64,000 bases of DNA from Paraspadella gotoi (lineage: Eukaryota; Animalia; Chaetognatha), in assembly GCA_051294375.1 (NCBI GenBank), contig JBJCIZ010000239.1, forward strand, positions 1,018,831 to 1,082,830, read 5' to 3'. Shown here in pieces: positions 38,931 to 50,994 of this stretch; the stretch's first letter is position 1; each line of letters starts with the position of its first letter. The position numbers and the translations under genes were made by a program. The notes under the pieces are model-generated. The model had not been told where the DNA came from. It made no database searches and worked only from the letters and a program-made list of their open reading frames with translations.

Positions 38931-41879
38931 AGGCCGCCCACGACGCCACGTCCAGTGCCACGAATGGCGTTCCATGCGCGAATCAGAGAAAATCGCGGAT
39001 GTTGTCTGTCGAGATTTTTTTTCTTTTCTCTTTTTTTTGTCTCGAGTTCGGGAAACCTCGTTAAGCGAATGTCAAACAAAACCCATGGGTGATGGGAGGG
39101 GATAATAGGAAGGGTACGGAAGGTCACAGAGATGGGTTGGGAAGGGTTAACTCCCCCCCCACCGAAAAAAAAACTGCCGTGGCCGGAAAAAACAGGTGAC
39201 GAAGAAATGGTTTTTTTTTGCGCGAAGCAAAAAAATGGAGAATCGCTATCGAGTTTGATTACGAATGGATGGGTTGCGAATTTAGGTTAAGGCTTTGGGC
39301 ATTGTGACTCGAGTTAGGAGTGGTAAGTCGACTCGGAATTGTAAGAGGCTATTCCGTCGCGACTTTAAGTAAGTTTAAGGTAAGGGCTGGGATTCGATGA
39401 GAAAGATAGGATAATAGGGTCGGGAAAGAAGGGAGAGAGAGAGAGAGAGAGATAGAGAAGAAAGAGAGAGAGAGAGAGAGGACGAGACGAAGAGAGAGAG
39501 AGAAGAGTAGAGGGAGAAGAGAAGAGAAAAGTAGAGATGAACTGAATGTAAATGAATTTGGAATGAATGTTATAATAATAATCAAAGATGAACTGAAAGA
39601 CAAATGTAGAGAGCGATGAGTGACGAATGAATAGAATATAAAATGAAATGGAAGAAGAGAATGATGGAATGGAGATGAACTGGTAAAAACATGAATGAAA
39701 AGATAAGAAAAAAATGTAAATAGATAAAGATAAAAATAAAAATAAATAAATATAATAAATACAATAAATAAATAAATAAAATAAGATAAATATAATAAAA
39801 AAATAAATGAAATGAAAAAATGAAAATAAAATAGAAGATCAACAAGTAAAGTAAAAATAATAAATATAATAAAAAGTAACGATGGGAGAGGAGAAAGGGA
39901 TGTAATGCAATGAAGATGAAATGGAATGAATGATGTGAGAGAATAATGATGATGAATGATGAAGTGATAATAAATAAGACGTAATAAGATAATTAAAGAT
40001 TAAAGCCTAATAAAATATCCTCTCCAATTAGAGATAATAAATAAATAAATCAAATAAATAAATAAATGAAAGATGATGAGAGCAGAGTAGAACGTTGGAA
40101 TGTGAATAGATATGAATGAATGACATGAATGAATGAAGATAGAAATAAACAGTCTTTCTCCGAAAGCTCATCTCTTAATTTCCTCTCTCTCTCTCTCTCT
40201 CACTCATCTGCTCCTCTCTCTCATCTCTCTTCTCTCTCTCTTCTCTCTCTCTCTGCTCTCTCCTCTCTCTCTTTTCTCTCTCTCGCTCTCCTCACTTCTT
40301 TCCTAGTTCTCTCTTTCGTCGCCCACACTCTTTGTGGTTTGGTCCACAGATCGAACTCCCACCGAACAAGAATATCAAACAAGGCTTATTTGACTACGGC
40401 GAGCCCATTACAGAGAGAGGGAAGGGTCCAGGAAGGGGGGGCGATGGGAGGAATGGTGGGTGTGGAAGGCCGGAGAGGTAGATGGTGAAGTTTTTAAAGC
40501 GGAAGCGATGAGTTTGAATTCGACGGGAACAATGGAATGGAAACGTTTTACGTGGGAGAAGGTGTGTGAGTCAGAAAAGAAGAGGGAGAGAGAGGAGAGA
40601 AGAGAGAGAGAGAGATGAGATGAGGGAGAGGATAGGAAAGAAGAAGGGATGTAGAGAGAGAGCAGGAGAGCATGATATCCCTCATCATCAAGTCGGAGTT
40701 AAGAGTAAACAAACGAACAGTAAAAATTAATTAAGTTGACAAACGCGAGAAAAATCGGATTCGTTAAAAATTAGTTTGCCAAGCTTTAGAAAAAGATAAT
40801 ATCTTTTTTTAATATTAAGCCCAGGTGAACTTAGTTATTTTATTATTTAATGTTTTTAATTTAAAATGAATATTATTTTGAGAAAGGTTTTAAGGGGAGG
40901 GAGCGAAGAACGTCTCTATTCGCTCAGTCGGCGAGAGTAAAGATTCGAAATTAAAAAACAAAAGAAGAAAACAGAAAATAAAAACGAAACGAGCGAAAAG
41001 GACGGAGGAGATGAAAAAGAACGAAAACAAACAAATTGATTAAAAGGACAACAAACAAAAAAGAATAGATAATTAAGAATTAATTGAGAGGGTAATAATA
41101 TAACAGTCGGGAATGGAGCGAGAAATGTCCGTCCACATTGATGATCCGAAGAAAAAAAAATTAAATCAAAATGCAATTTTTTTTTCTTCAAAAAATTTTT
41201 TTTAAAATATTGAGAAAACTATGAATTGAGTTTTTTCGTGAGGCCAACAAAAAAAAGAGCAAAATTGTTTAAAAAACTTTTGAAAAAACTATTTGGCCGA
41301 TAAAAACTACTCGAAAAATCCAACTTGTCCTTTGAGCCAAAATCGTAAAATAAAATTCCTAAATCGTTAAAGAAAACGCGACCTTTCGAGCTCGTTGTTG
41401 TTGTTGTCATGGTTTTTGTTTTTGTTTACTTTTTTTACGAACCCAAACAAATATTTATTTTTACTTTGCTTTCTCAACTAAATCTTTCTTCTTTTTTTTT
41501 TATTCCGAGAAAAATGATGCAATTTTTTTTTATTTCTAAAAAAAAAGAAAAATATCATTTTCTTTCTTTTGTTTTAGATTTTGGTATCGAGAGAGAGAGA
41601 GAGAGAGAGGGAGTGACCGACAGAGGGCGACCCAACCCTCATACTTGTCTCGCGTCTTGGTTCCCAGGCCCGATAATCTCTGTCTCTGTCTAACCCTAAC
41701 GTACGACTCTTTCTTTGTCGTTTGGCTGACTATTTCTCGTCTTCTTCTCCCCTCCTCTCTCTCTTTCCTCCTCCTCCTCCTCATCCCCCTCTTCCTCTTC
41801 GCCCGAAGTGAATTTTGTTTTCCCTTTTCACTCGAATCGAATTTCACAACAAAAAAATCAAAAGTGGAAAGTGATAACG

Positions 41880-42018
41880 ACGAAGTCACTGATTAAGCAA
41901 AGTCACTAATTAAGGCATTAATTATTAATATTTAATAATAATTAATAATTAAGTCATTAATAAAGTCACTAATAAAGTCACTANNNNNNNNNNTAATAAA
42001 GTCACTAATAAAGTCACT
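41880..42018. repeat. 12-bp minisatellite (AATAAAGTCACT)n
   Basis: taataaagtcactaataaagtcact on both sides of a 10-N gap, with diverged units upstream. Confidence 0.85.
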
Positions 42019-42174
42019 CGTCCATGTTTCATTCCTCGTTTTAGATTCATGCTCGACCATGCTTTTTCCATGTCCGTCATTCTGGTCCGTCTAATTGGTA
42101 TTACAATTTTTTTTCTAAAAGCCATCTTACACGTTCTCTCCTTTGCCTCTCTCTCTCTCTCTCTCTCTCTCTGG

Positions 42175-42555
42175 AGGGAGGGAGGGATGAACTGATGGGA
42201 TGGATGAATACATAGATGAATGGACGGATGGTTGGACAGATGAATATATGGCTCAATAGATGAATGGATGGATGGACGAATCGGTGGATGGATGGAGGGA
42301 GGGAGGGATGAATGGATGGGATGGATGGATAGATGAATGAAAAGATAGATGAATAGATGGATGGTTGGACGGATGAATATATGACTCAATAGATGAATAG
42401 ATGGATGGACGGATCGGTGGATGGATGGATGGATGGATGGATGGATGGATGGATGTATACATATATATATACCTTGATGGATGGACGAATGAACGAATGG
42501 CTGGATAGATGAATGGATGGTTGGATGGATAAATAAATGAATGGATGAATGAATG
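42175..42555. repeat. (GATG)n-derived satellite with about 133-bp higher-order duplication
   Basis: gatggttggac(a/g)gatgaatatatg(g/a)ctcaatagatgaat occurs at about 42227 and 42360, inside GATG/GAAT repeats. Confidence 0.85.
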
Positions 42556-45269
42556 TATGCCTGAATATATCCAAGCTCGGAATAAAAAAAAACGATATAA
42601 AAAATAAAGAAAGCTCGTTAGCTCCCTTCACTTCCTTAACGAGGCGTGCGATACACAAACATATTTTCGACTCACGATTTTTTCAACCCCCATTCTTTGT
42701 GAATCATCCTCATCCTTTCCCCCCCCCGCCACCATGTCACCATGTCGCCCTGCCTCCCTGCNNNNNNNNNNCCCCAACTCCACTCCACGTCTGTCGGTTT
42801 CATACAAAAATAAAAACGTTTTAAAAAAATAAATATTTTCGAACGTTAATTTTAGAGGGTTTTTTTTTTCAGAGAGGGAAAGAGATAGGGGAAGAAAATT
42901 AAATATATATCAAAATAAACATTTTAGATTTAGAATGAAAAAATTGTGCACTGAGTGAGAGGAAAAAAAATCGATTTGCATGAAAAATAAATTTAAAAAG
43001 TTAAAAATGATTTAATGATATTTAATGATATTTTAGGACTGCGAAGGGAAACTAAAATCTGACGGTAAATAAGATTTCAACTGATGATGATGACGATGAT
43101 GATGATGATGATGATGACGATGATGATGATGATGATGATAATAATGTAAGTTGACTTACCTACATATCCGGTTGACGAAAGGGTGCGTGCAAAGGAAAAT
43201 TTAAGGGAAGGAGAAAAAATTGTTAAATTCATTTTATAATTGTCTAGTATGTTTAACTGTTTATAAATAACGAGAACAGGGAAAGGAAGTTTTTATAAGT
43301 TATAAGTGAAGTTTATTNNNNNNNNNNNNNNNNNNNNNNNNNNNNNNNNNNNNNNNNNNNNNNNNNNNNNNNNNNNNNNNNNNNNNNNNNNNNNNNNNNN
43401 NNNNNNNNNNNNNNNNNNNNNNNNNNNNNNNNNNNNNNNNNNNNNNNNNNNNNNNNNNNNNNNNNNNNNNNNNNNNNNNNNNNNNNNNNNNNNNNNNNNN
43501 NNNNNNNNNNNNNNNNNNNNNNNNNCTCTCTCTCTTTCTCTCTCAAAAGATATGACTTAACATCGGAATTTCGCGATCTTTCGATTGAGAATCAAAAGTT
43601 TTTACTTTTCTTGACGAGAATGAAAAAAAAAGGGAAAAAAATTTTATCGAATAATAATGAAATAATAACTAAGAATTTCATAATAAAATAATAATAAAGA
43701 AATTTCGCGTCAACCCTTAAATCTTGACACTATATTGAAAATAAAATTTTAGATGGAATTTTTGCTAAATCGTAAAAAGAATAATCATGTATTTATCAAG
43801 AAAAACCTCTTCCAAGGTGATTGGCAGATTGCCTAATAAGGCGCCCTATTAGGCTTTATTGGGCACCTTATTAGGCAATGCCTGTATTTGAAAAAAAAAT
43901 GATCAGCAATCGAGAAATTTCTAATAAATTTTACAATTTACGCAGTAGGCCATANNNNNNNNNNNNNNNNNNNNNNNNNNNNNNNNNNNNNNNNNNNNNN
44001 NNNNNNNNNNNNNNNNNNNNNNNNNNNNNNNNNNNNNNNNNNNNNNNNNNNNNNNNNNNNNNNNNNNNNNNNNNNNNNNNNNNNNNNNNNNNNNNNNNNN
44101 NNNNNNNNNNNNNNNNNNNNNNNNNNNNNNNNNNNNNNNNNNNNNNNNNNNNNNNNNNNNNNNNNNNNNNNNNNNNNNNNNNNNNNNNNNNNNNNNNNNN
44201 NNNNNNNNNNNNNNNNNNNNNNNNNNNNNNNNNNNNNNNNNNNNNNNNNNNNNNNNNNNNNNNNAAAAAAATGATCAGCAATCTAGAAATTAGTCCTTTT
44301 TTATACAATTAAAACATTTCATTTTTTCATATATGGCCAGGTCTTCGACCTATAGCTATAAATAAGGCACCCAGGAGGTAACCCGAAGTGCATTGGTGAA
44401 AATTGAAATTAACCTTACAAATCATTTTACATCTTTTAATCAGCCTGGGTCACAAAACTTTGTGGAATACAATAACTACGAATTATTTATTCTAGTATTT
44501 GTCACGCTTACGATAAAGTTTCAAAACGTCTCATAGTTATTTTGTTCGGCCTTGTTGCTTNNNNNNNNNNNNNNNNNNNNNNNNNNNNNNNNNNNNNNNN
44601 NNNNNNNNNNNNNNNNNNNNNNNNNNNNNNNNNNNNNNNNNNNNNNNNNNNNNNNNNNNNAGAGAGAGAGAGAGACGAAGGCGGGAAATTTATGAGCGAA
44701 GAATAAAAACTTCATCCAAAGTGTTGAGACGGAAGACGAACGAAAAGGGAAGGAGACAAAACAAAGTGAGGCTTCGGAAGGCGGAAATGGGCGTTGACGC
44801 GGAAGCGAAGAAGCCGGAAGAAGCGGACGAATGAGATGGGTTAAAAAATCGGGAGTTAGAAGGCCGACGAAAGGAGTGGTCGGTAAGTGAATGGGAGAAG
44901 GCGGAAGGCGAAGAAAAAAAAAAGAAGCGGACAAATTAAAGGCAAATTTAAGCGTGTGAGAGAGAGAGAAGAGAGAGAGAGAGAGAGGAGAGAGAGAGTA
45001 GAGAGAGAGGAGAGAGAGAAGAGAGAGAGAGGAGAGAAGGAGAGGAGAGGAGAATGATATATTGACGGGGAAAGTATTTTTTTTCTGAATCGGGATCATT
45101 CGATGCGACCGGACTACATTTTCTCTGCCTCTCTCTGCTCTCTCATCTCTCTCTCTCCTCTGCTCTTTCGTCTTCTCTCTCTGCATCTCTCATCTATCGT
45201 CGTCTCTGCTCTCAGCCTTCCTCGTCATTATTATGCGAAAAATGAAGAGTACTCCTCTGGAGGCGTATC

Positions 45270-45450
45270 TCCCATTGGCTCAGTGACACTGACACGTCGT
45301 TCACGTGACGGCGGTAATCCACGCATCCAGAGTGACCACGTGACGCGCCGGCCGCTTAATAACTCACGGGGCAGCGGACCGTGAGAAAAGTGAAAGAAAA
45401 GAAAGGCGAAGGAGAACTCAACGTGCGCGCGTGTGAAAAGGGGGCGGAGG
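45270..45450. promoter_or_regulatory. Candidate promoter or enhancer motif cluster (reverse CCAAT, two CACGTGAC E-boxes, GC box)
   Basis: ATTGG 45274-45278, TCACGTGAC 45301-45309, CCACGTGAC 45336-45344, GGGGCGGAG about 45441-45449, all in a CpG-rich patch. The other arm has GGTCACGTGAC at 59686-59696. No linked CDS identified. Confidence 0.3.
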
Positions 45451-48400
45451 TTGAGAGCGGGGTCCCCGAGTGAAGTCATTCTTGCGATTCTAAATGCAAA
45501 AGGCGTAAAACGTGATAGAAACCATATGAGGGTTGTTTTTTCATTTGGTGAAACTTTTTTACAGAGTTCTGTTTCATTTTCGTGCCTGACTCGCTTGTGC
45601 GTATCGCCCACATTTTTACCATTCTTTCGCTGCTCCTCGTGCAGGACGCCTCCCAGGGAATTGCGGGTCCGCGTTCAGCTAAGGTTCAGAGGTTCAGCCT
45701 TCTTGCTCTCTACGGCTGCTTTCTGCCTGCTCTCCTGCGCTCAGCCGTCGTCTCGGATCCTCGTACTCTCATGCACTCGTCTTCTCTCTCACTCTGTCTC
45801 TCTCTCGTCTTCTCTCTATCTCTCATCTCATCTCGCTCTCTGGGTCTCTCCTCCTCTCTGTCGTCTCTTCCGCTCATGGCGTGCATCATCTTCTCTCACC
45901 GCCCCTTTTTAAGCCTGCTAAGATTTTGTCGGCGCGTATAGATTTGTTCCTGCCGTCGATATAATTATTTTTCCCGCGATTCCCCCGAGACTTTACTATC
46001 CGGTTGAGGATCCCTTTTTGTTGGCCATGGGCGAGCGGCAACGCGCACGGGAGTTGCTCATGGAATGCCGCAACGCCTGAAATTAACACCTGAATTCAAT
46101 GTACGAATGCCTCGGCTTTGCCAACTCTCTGCTTCCTGCACATCCAATCTCTTCTTTTTTTATATTCTTGCTCATTGTCCTCCTCGTTTCCTTCTTCCCT
46201 CTTTGCCTCCTGGTCCCCACGACCTCCTCCTCTCCTTTCCTCCTGCTCCTTTTCCTTTCCTCCTCTTCTTTCTCCTTTCCTCCTTTCGCTTTCATTTCAT
46301 CCTTTCCTCCTCTCCTTTCGCCGCTTTCCTACTTCTCCTGTTCTTCCTCTGTGCTTTCTCCTTTCTTTCAAAACTATTTAAATTGATTTTTTCCCTCCGT
46401 TTTCTTTGCTTGTTCCTGCGGAAATTTTTTTTTTTCCACTCATCGAGAAAAACAAGGAACGCGCAACCCTTCGACCCCGTGAACTTTTTTTTTTATGAAA
46501 CCCCGTGACCATATTTTTTTGAGACCCTTTCGATGCCTTTTTCGTCGTTGCTCTTTGACCCCCCGACGGCGCCTGCGGGTCGCCGCCGCAGGTGATCTGC
46601 GTCGCCAGGACTGCGTTGATCCGGCATCGGTCGCCGCCCGGAGAAAATGGACGCCGACGTCGTGTAATCGGACGGCCGCCACCTGGCAATTGAAGAAATA
46701 TGACAAAGGCGGGAATGGCCGCGATTGGCAATTGGGCGTCTAAATACGGACCCTTTGGATTCCTCAATGAAGCGCTCGAATGAAAATCAGCTAAATGAGA
46801 CTGGCTCGAGCCATCGCAAAAATATGTCCGCTCGTCTGACTGACTGACTGACTGACTGAACTGACCCTGACTTTCCAATTCATAATTTATTAATTATTAA
46901 TTATTATTATTATTATAATTATTAATTAATTTTTAATATTATTTACCTCCTCACGGATAAATAGACTGACCCATCTCATTTTAGAGACGCTTAAACATTT
47001 TTCGAACAATTGAACCAAAAAAAAAATGTGAGGAAAGTCGTTTTTGCCCCGAAGACTTCAATTTATATTCAGGCGGAAAAAGGAGGAACTTGGGTATCCT
47101 GTCGGAGCACGGTCTGGTCATGTCTGTCTGTCTTTCTTTTCTTTCTTTCTTTCTTTTCTTTCTTTCTTGTCTTTCTTTCTTTTTCTTTCTTTTCTTTCTT
47201 TCTTCTTTTCTTTCTTTCTTTCTTTCTCTCTCTTATTGCCTAAATTCTCAAGCTCGCTCTCGCTCAACTCTCTCTCTCTCTCCCCCGCTCTCTCGCTCTC
47301 TGCTCGCCGCCCTCTCTCTCCTCTCAATCCCTCTCCTCTCTATCCTACTCCCTTCCCCGCCTCAACCATTTCTCAATTAAAGGGGGCAAAAAAATGGTTC
47401 TGTTCCTCAAATCGCCATTGTCGATTCCCAGACGTGTCGACGTCTATATCGTTAACCCTGAGGCGGAGCAGCGGCAGCGCCAGAGCCCGCGGGTTGGCGG
47501 CAGAAGGCCGCGGCTGAACGCAGTATTTGACGCAGAGCTCATCGCGGGCTTGGCCTATTGGCACAATGGCGCAAAAAAAGGTTTTGACCAAACTCAGCAA
47601 TTCTTTGCTTTTCTTGGACCTCAATTACTTATTTAATCGTTTTTTCTTCCTATCACATGTCCCCTCTTCTTTTTACGTCAGGATCTGCTTATCAGCAGAT
47701 TGCCGACTGCTATAATCGGGGTCCGCTCCGGTCCGAACCGCGCAAGCCTCTTGAAAATCCTTTGAATTAGTGATAATTGTGGGAACAAAAAAAATTGATG
47801 TTCCGTCCCGTCCATGCTGTTTGTCCTGTCTGTGCTGTAAGGATGCCGTACGCCACCTAGCTTTCAAACTCCAAATTTACATCGTGATTGGATGGGATGG
47901 AAGGATTGGAAATGAATATTTATGTAGTGTGGGTAGGGAAAGTGTGTGATGTGAGATGGACGCCTAAAAAGTTTTCGAGGAGGAATGCAATGAAAGAGTG
48001 GAAAATGGAGTTTGAAAATGGAAAAAAACAAGTGCAGCATTTACGTACTTGAAAGTTTTGTTTTAACGTTATATGATTACTCATAAGTTATTAATATGTT
48101 ATTAAAAGTTGGATATGATCAATTGAAAAATAGAATTTTTTGGCTGCGTGGGTAGAAAAGTATGTGATTAAGGCCTGGATATTTAATTTTTGTGGAGAAT
48201 GCGATAGGAGTGGAAAAGAGCTAAAATAGGCAAGATCGACAATTGTTTGGCTCATAAGCTTTTTTTTTCTTATTTCTTCCCTTTCAGCACATTTATAGTC
48301 TTCGTTGCTCATTTCTTTTTTTCTTTTTAGTCCTTTTCTTTTTTCTTCTAACTTTCCGTGACTTTCTTAGCCTTCTCGTTTTTTTTTTTTTTGTCGGGCC

Positions 48401-48979
48401 GTTTTCACCCTTTTTTCTTTCTCGCTCAATATTCTCTTCGCATTTTTTTTTATGTCAAACTTTCCATACTTACTATCATTTGCCGCACTAAAATTCGAAG
48501 AGAAAGATCGATTTCTCCGGTTCTATAAAAATTACCGTTACCTCGCGTCAGTTGTTTTTTCAATTGAGATGGAAACAGTTGTGTAATAAAACTGAGAATG
48601 CTGTTTATTTAAAGCAACTTTTCTCCTATACGCATCGAGGTCGAATCGTCTTAATGATGAACGACATATGGCTCCTTGATATCCATCCCTACCCCCTCTA
48701 CTTTTTACCGCACGCGCGAAACTAGACCAACGCGGACGCGTTTCTTCACATTGCGTATCAACGTGAACGTCTTCCATGCTCAACCGGCAAGTAGTGAGGA
48801 CGCCTGAGGCCGGCAGAAAGTTGCTCTGCCGGACCGATTTTTTTCGCTCTTTTTGTCATTTCGGCGGTCAAAGTCGTCATTCCTTTCTTTATTTTTATTT
48901 CCAGCCATAAATATCATGACGAACCATCCTAATTTTCATTTGCATATTGCAGTGCTAAAACAAAATTTAATTTTTCAAC

Positions 48980-49140
48980 ATTTGGTCTTATATAAAAAAT
49001 ATTTTAAAAAAGTCCCAATTCAAATTCAAACTAACTAAGTATCAGATATTATTTCATAGTTTTAAATTTGGTCTTGTTTTAAAAAATAAAAAATAAGCCC
49101 CCATTCAAATTCAAACTAAGTATCAGATATTATTTCATAT
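48980..49140. repeat. Two-copy tandem duplication of about 85 bp
   Basis: tttggtctt...ttcaaattcaaactaa(ctaa)gtatcagatattatttcata occurs twice; also present inverted at about 56070-56240. Confidence 0.8.
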
Positions 49141-50751
49141 TTTTACGGCTTTTCTAATGACGTTAGGACTTAGGACTTCAGAATAGCTAAAGGACGGAAA
49201 AATGGATAAGTGTTCTTAAAGAAACGAAGGGCACGTATAGGAAAATGCGACTTACGGTAGGGGTACTAGGGGTAGCCCAACTCAATATGGTGAGTCAAAA
49301 ATTTACAAGCGAGTCGCCATGCTCAAACGAATATTTAGACCATTTTAAAGAATACTCCAAATGGAAAAGAAAATTTCTAATATGGTCTATACCCTAGCAT
49401 TAATTTTGTAAATGTTATTTTATAGATAGGAAAGGCCAAAAAATTGTTTAGATATTTTTAATTTTAAGACCCGTTCAGATAGACTCATGAAAAATTGTCT
49501 ACAACAAAGTTAATTCTTTTTAAATATTTTTATGAATAAGTGTGTCAAAAATAATAGAAAAATGTAACGAAAGAATCATCATGCATGCGCAGTCATCTTT
49601 CGATGATTTTATCAGTTTTTTAATATTATTCACTTAGAAAAGAGTAAGAGATTTTTAAAAAGCTGTAATTATATTTCTTGTTTAATTTTTTATGCTCAAT
49701 CAGAATCCATCAAAAAATTTTAAAGATTTCCAAAAAAAATTATGTCAATACTGTTTTGGATATCAATAAAAAAAGTTCTTCTAAGGGCAGGGGAAAAGCA
49801 GAAAAAAAAAAGACTTCATTAAATATTATCAAATTTACCCTGCGGGCTGAAATACCTAATTGGTCATGAACTGATGGCTTTACTCAATGAGCATCGGGTC
49901 ACAACTGAAAGAAACACGTTAAGACAGTGGCGTATCATTTACTTACTTTCCGCCTTCCTCTTTGAACCACTTTTCTCCTATTGCACCGCCACCCTCCATT
50001 TTCCTTTTCCACTCTTCCCCTATACTCCCCCCACCCCCACCCCCAAGCTCGTTTCCATCTCCGGCGCCATTGACGATCCATTCGGAACGTCGCTGACCTC
50101 AATCTCAGTCACTGGACTCTCGTGTCGTCCCGGCCTGGCGAGGAGGCCTGTTTCGAGGCCTGCCCGGGGATGACGGGCGGCCTGGAAATGAGGGGCGAGC
50201 CAGGAGGGGGGCCGGTCGGTCGGCCCCAGTGAGTACCCACGTTTTTTTTTTTTTTTTCCCGCTTTTGATGAAAGGGAAGTTTGTTTTCATTGCTGGTTTT
50301 TGTTAACTTAAGGGACTGTGTCTTTTTTACAAACTTTGAGTCTTTGAAACGTCGTGTTCCTAAACGAGAGCTCTGTGACATTGAAAATATCACGTAAGTT
50401 GAAATTTTATTCATTGCGTTTGCATTCGATCGCAATCGCAAAATCGTGATTCGGGAAAAAAAAGATATTTAAAATGCTCAGTATGTAAAAAATGTTATTT
50501 TTTTTTCTTAAAAATGGATGGAAGCATTGACCAGCTTACCCCCCTGAATTGTCCTGACAGGAACAATAACGTGTTTTCTTAATTTTGTGTTCTTCATTTA
50601 AAGTTTAGAAGAATATAAATTATGAATTAATCAAACAGATAAATTTGATCATATTAAGGCAGATCTGTATTTCGCCATTCGTAAAGAACTAAGGACCCGG
50701 AGAAGCTTTAAACTTAAGATTAAAACTTTTCCGACTTGTGATAATAAGATT

Positions 50752-50994
50752 CGATCAGGCTGTAAACACCATGTTACAGCGGTTTAAGCGCCCCGTCCCT
50801 CTTTAACTGCCTAGGCCGGCGGCACCGGGTAGAACCCGGACCTTGGGTTGGGAGCGATGACTGCCTGCCGGCACCAATGACGCGCGATGAATAGTTGGTG
50901 ATTTTAGTCCAACCATAAAGTTAAGTTAAGTTAGTTATTATAATTAAGTTAGTAAGTTAAGTTAATTAAGTTAAGTTAAGGGTTAAGTTAAGTT
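50752..50994 (+). mobile_element. Candidate tRNA-derived SINE with (TAAGT)n tail
   Basis: A-box/D-arm-like gttacagcggtttaagcgcc (about 50773-50792), T-arm-like hairpin CCGGG-TAGAA-CCCGG (50825-50839), a short body, then a (TAAGT)n tail at 50918-50994. The body is absent from the inverted copy (about 54454-54495). Confidence 0.42.

Noticed and set aside
37850-39127. Large hairpin or coding cluster from adjacent pyrimidine and purine tracts
   Set aside because: The complementarity is explained by (CT)n/(GA)n and (CTTT)n/(GAAA)n composition; I found no unique-sequence inverted match.
50760-50845. Functional tRNA gene
   Set aside because: No clean acceptor or anticodon stems, and the T-loop is degenerate. 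Treated as a SINE-head candidate only.
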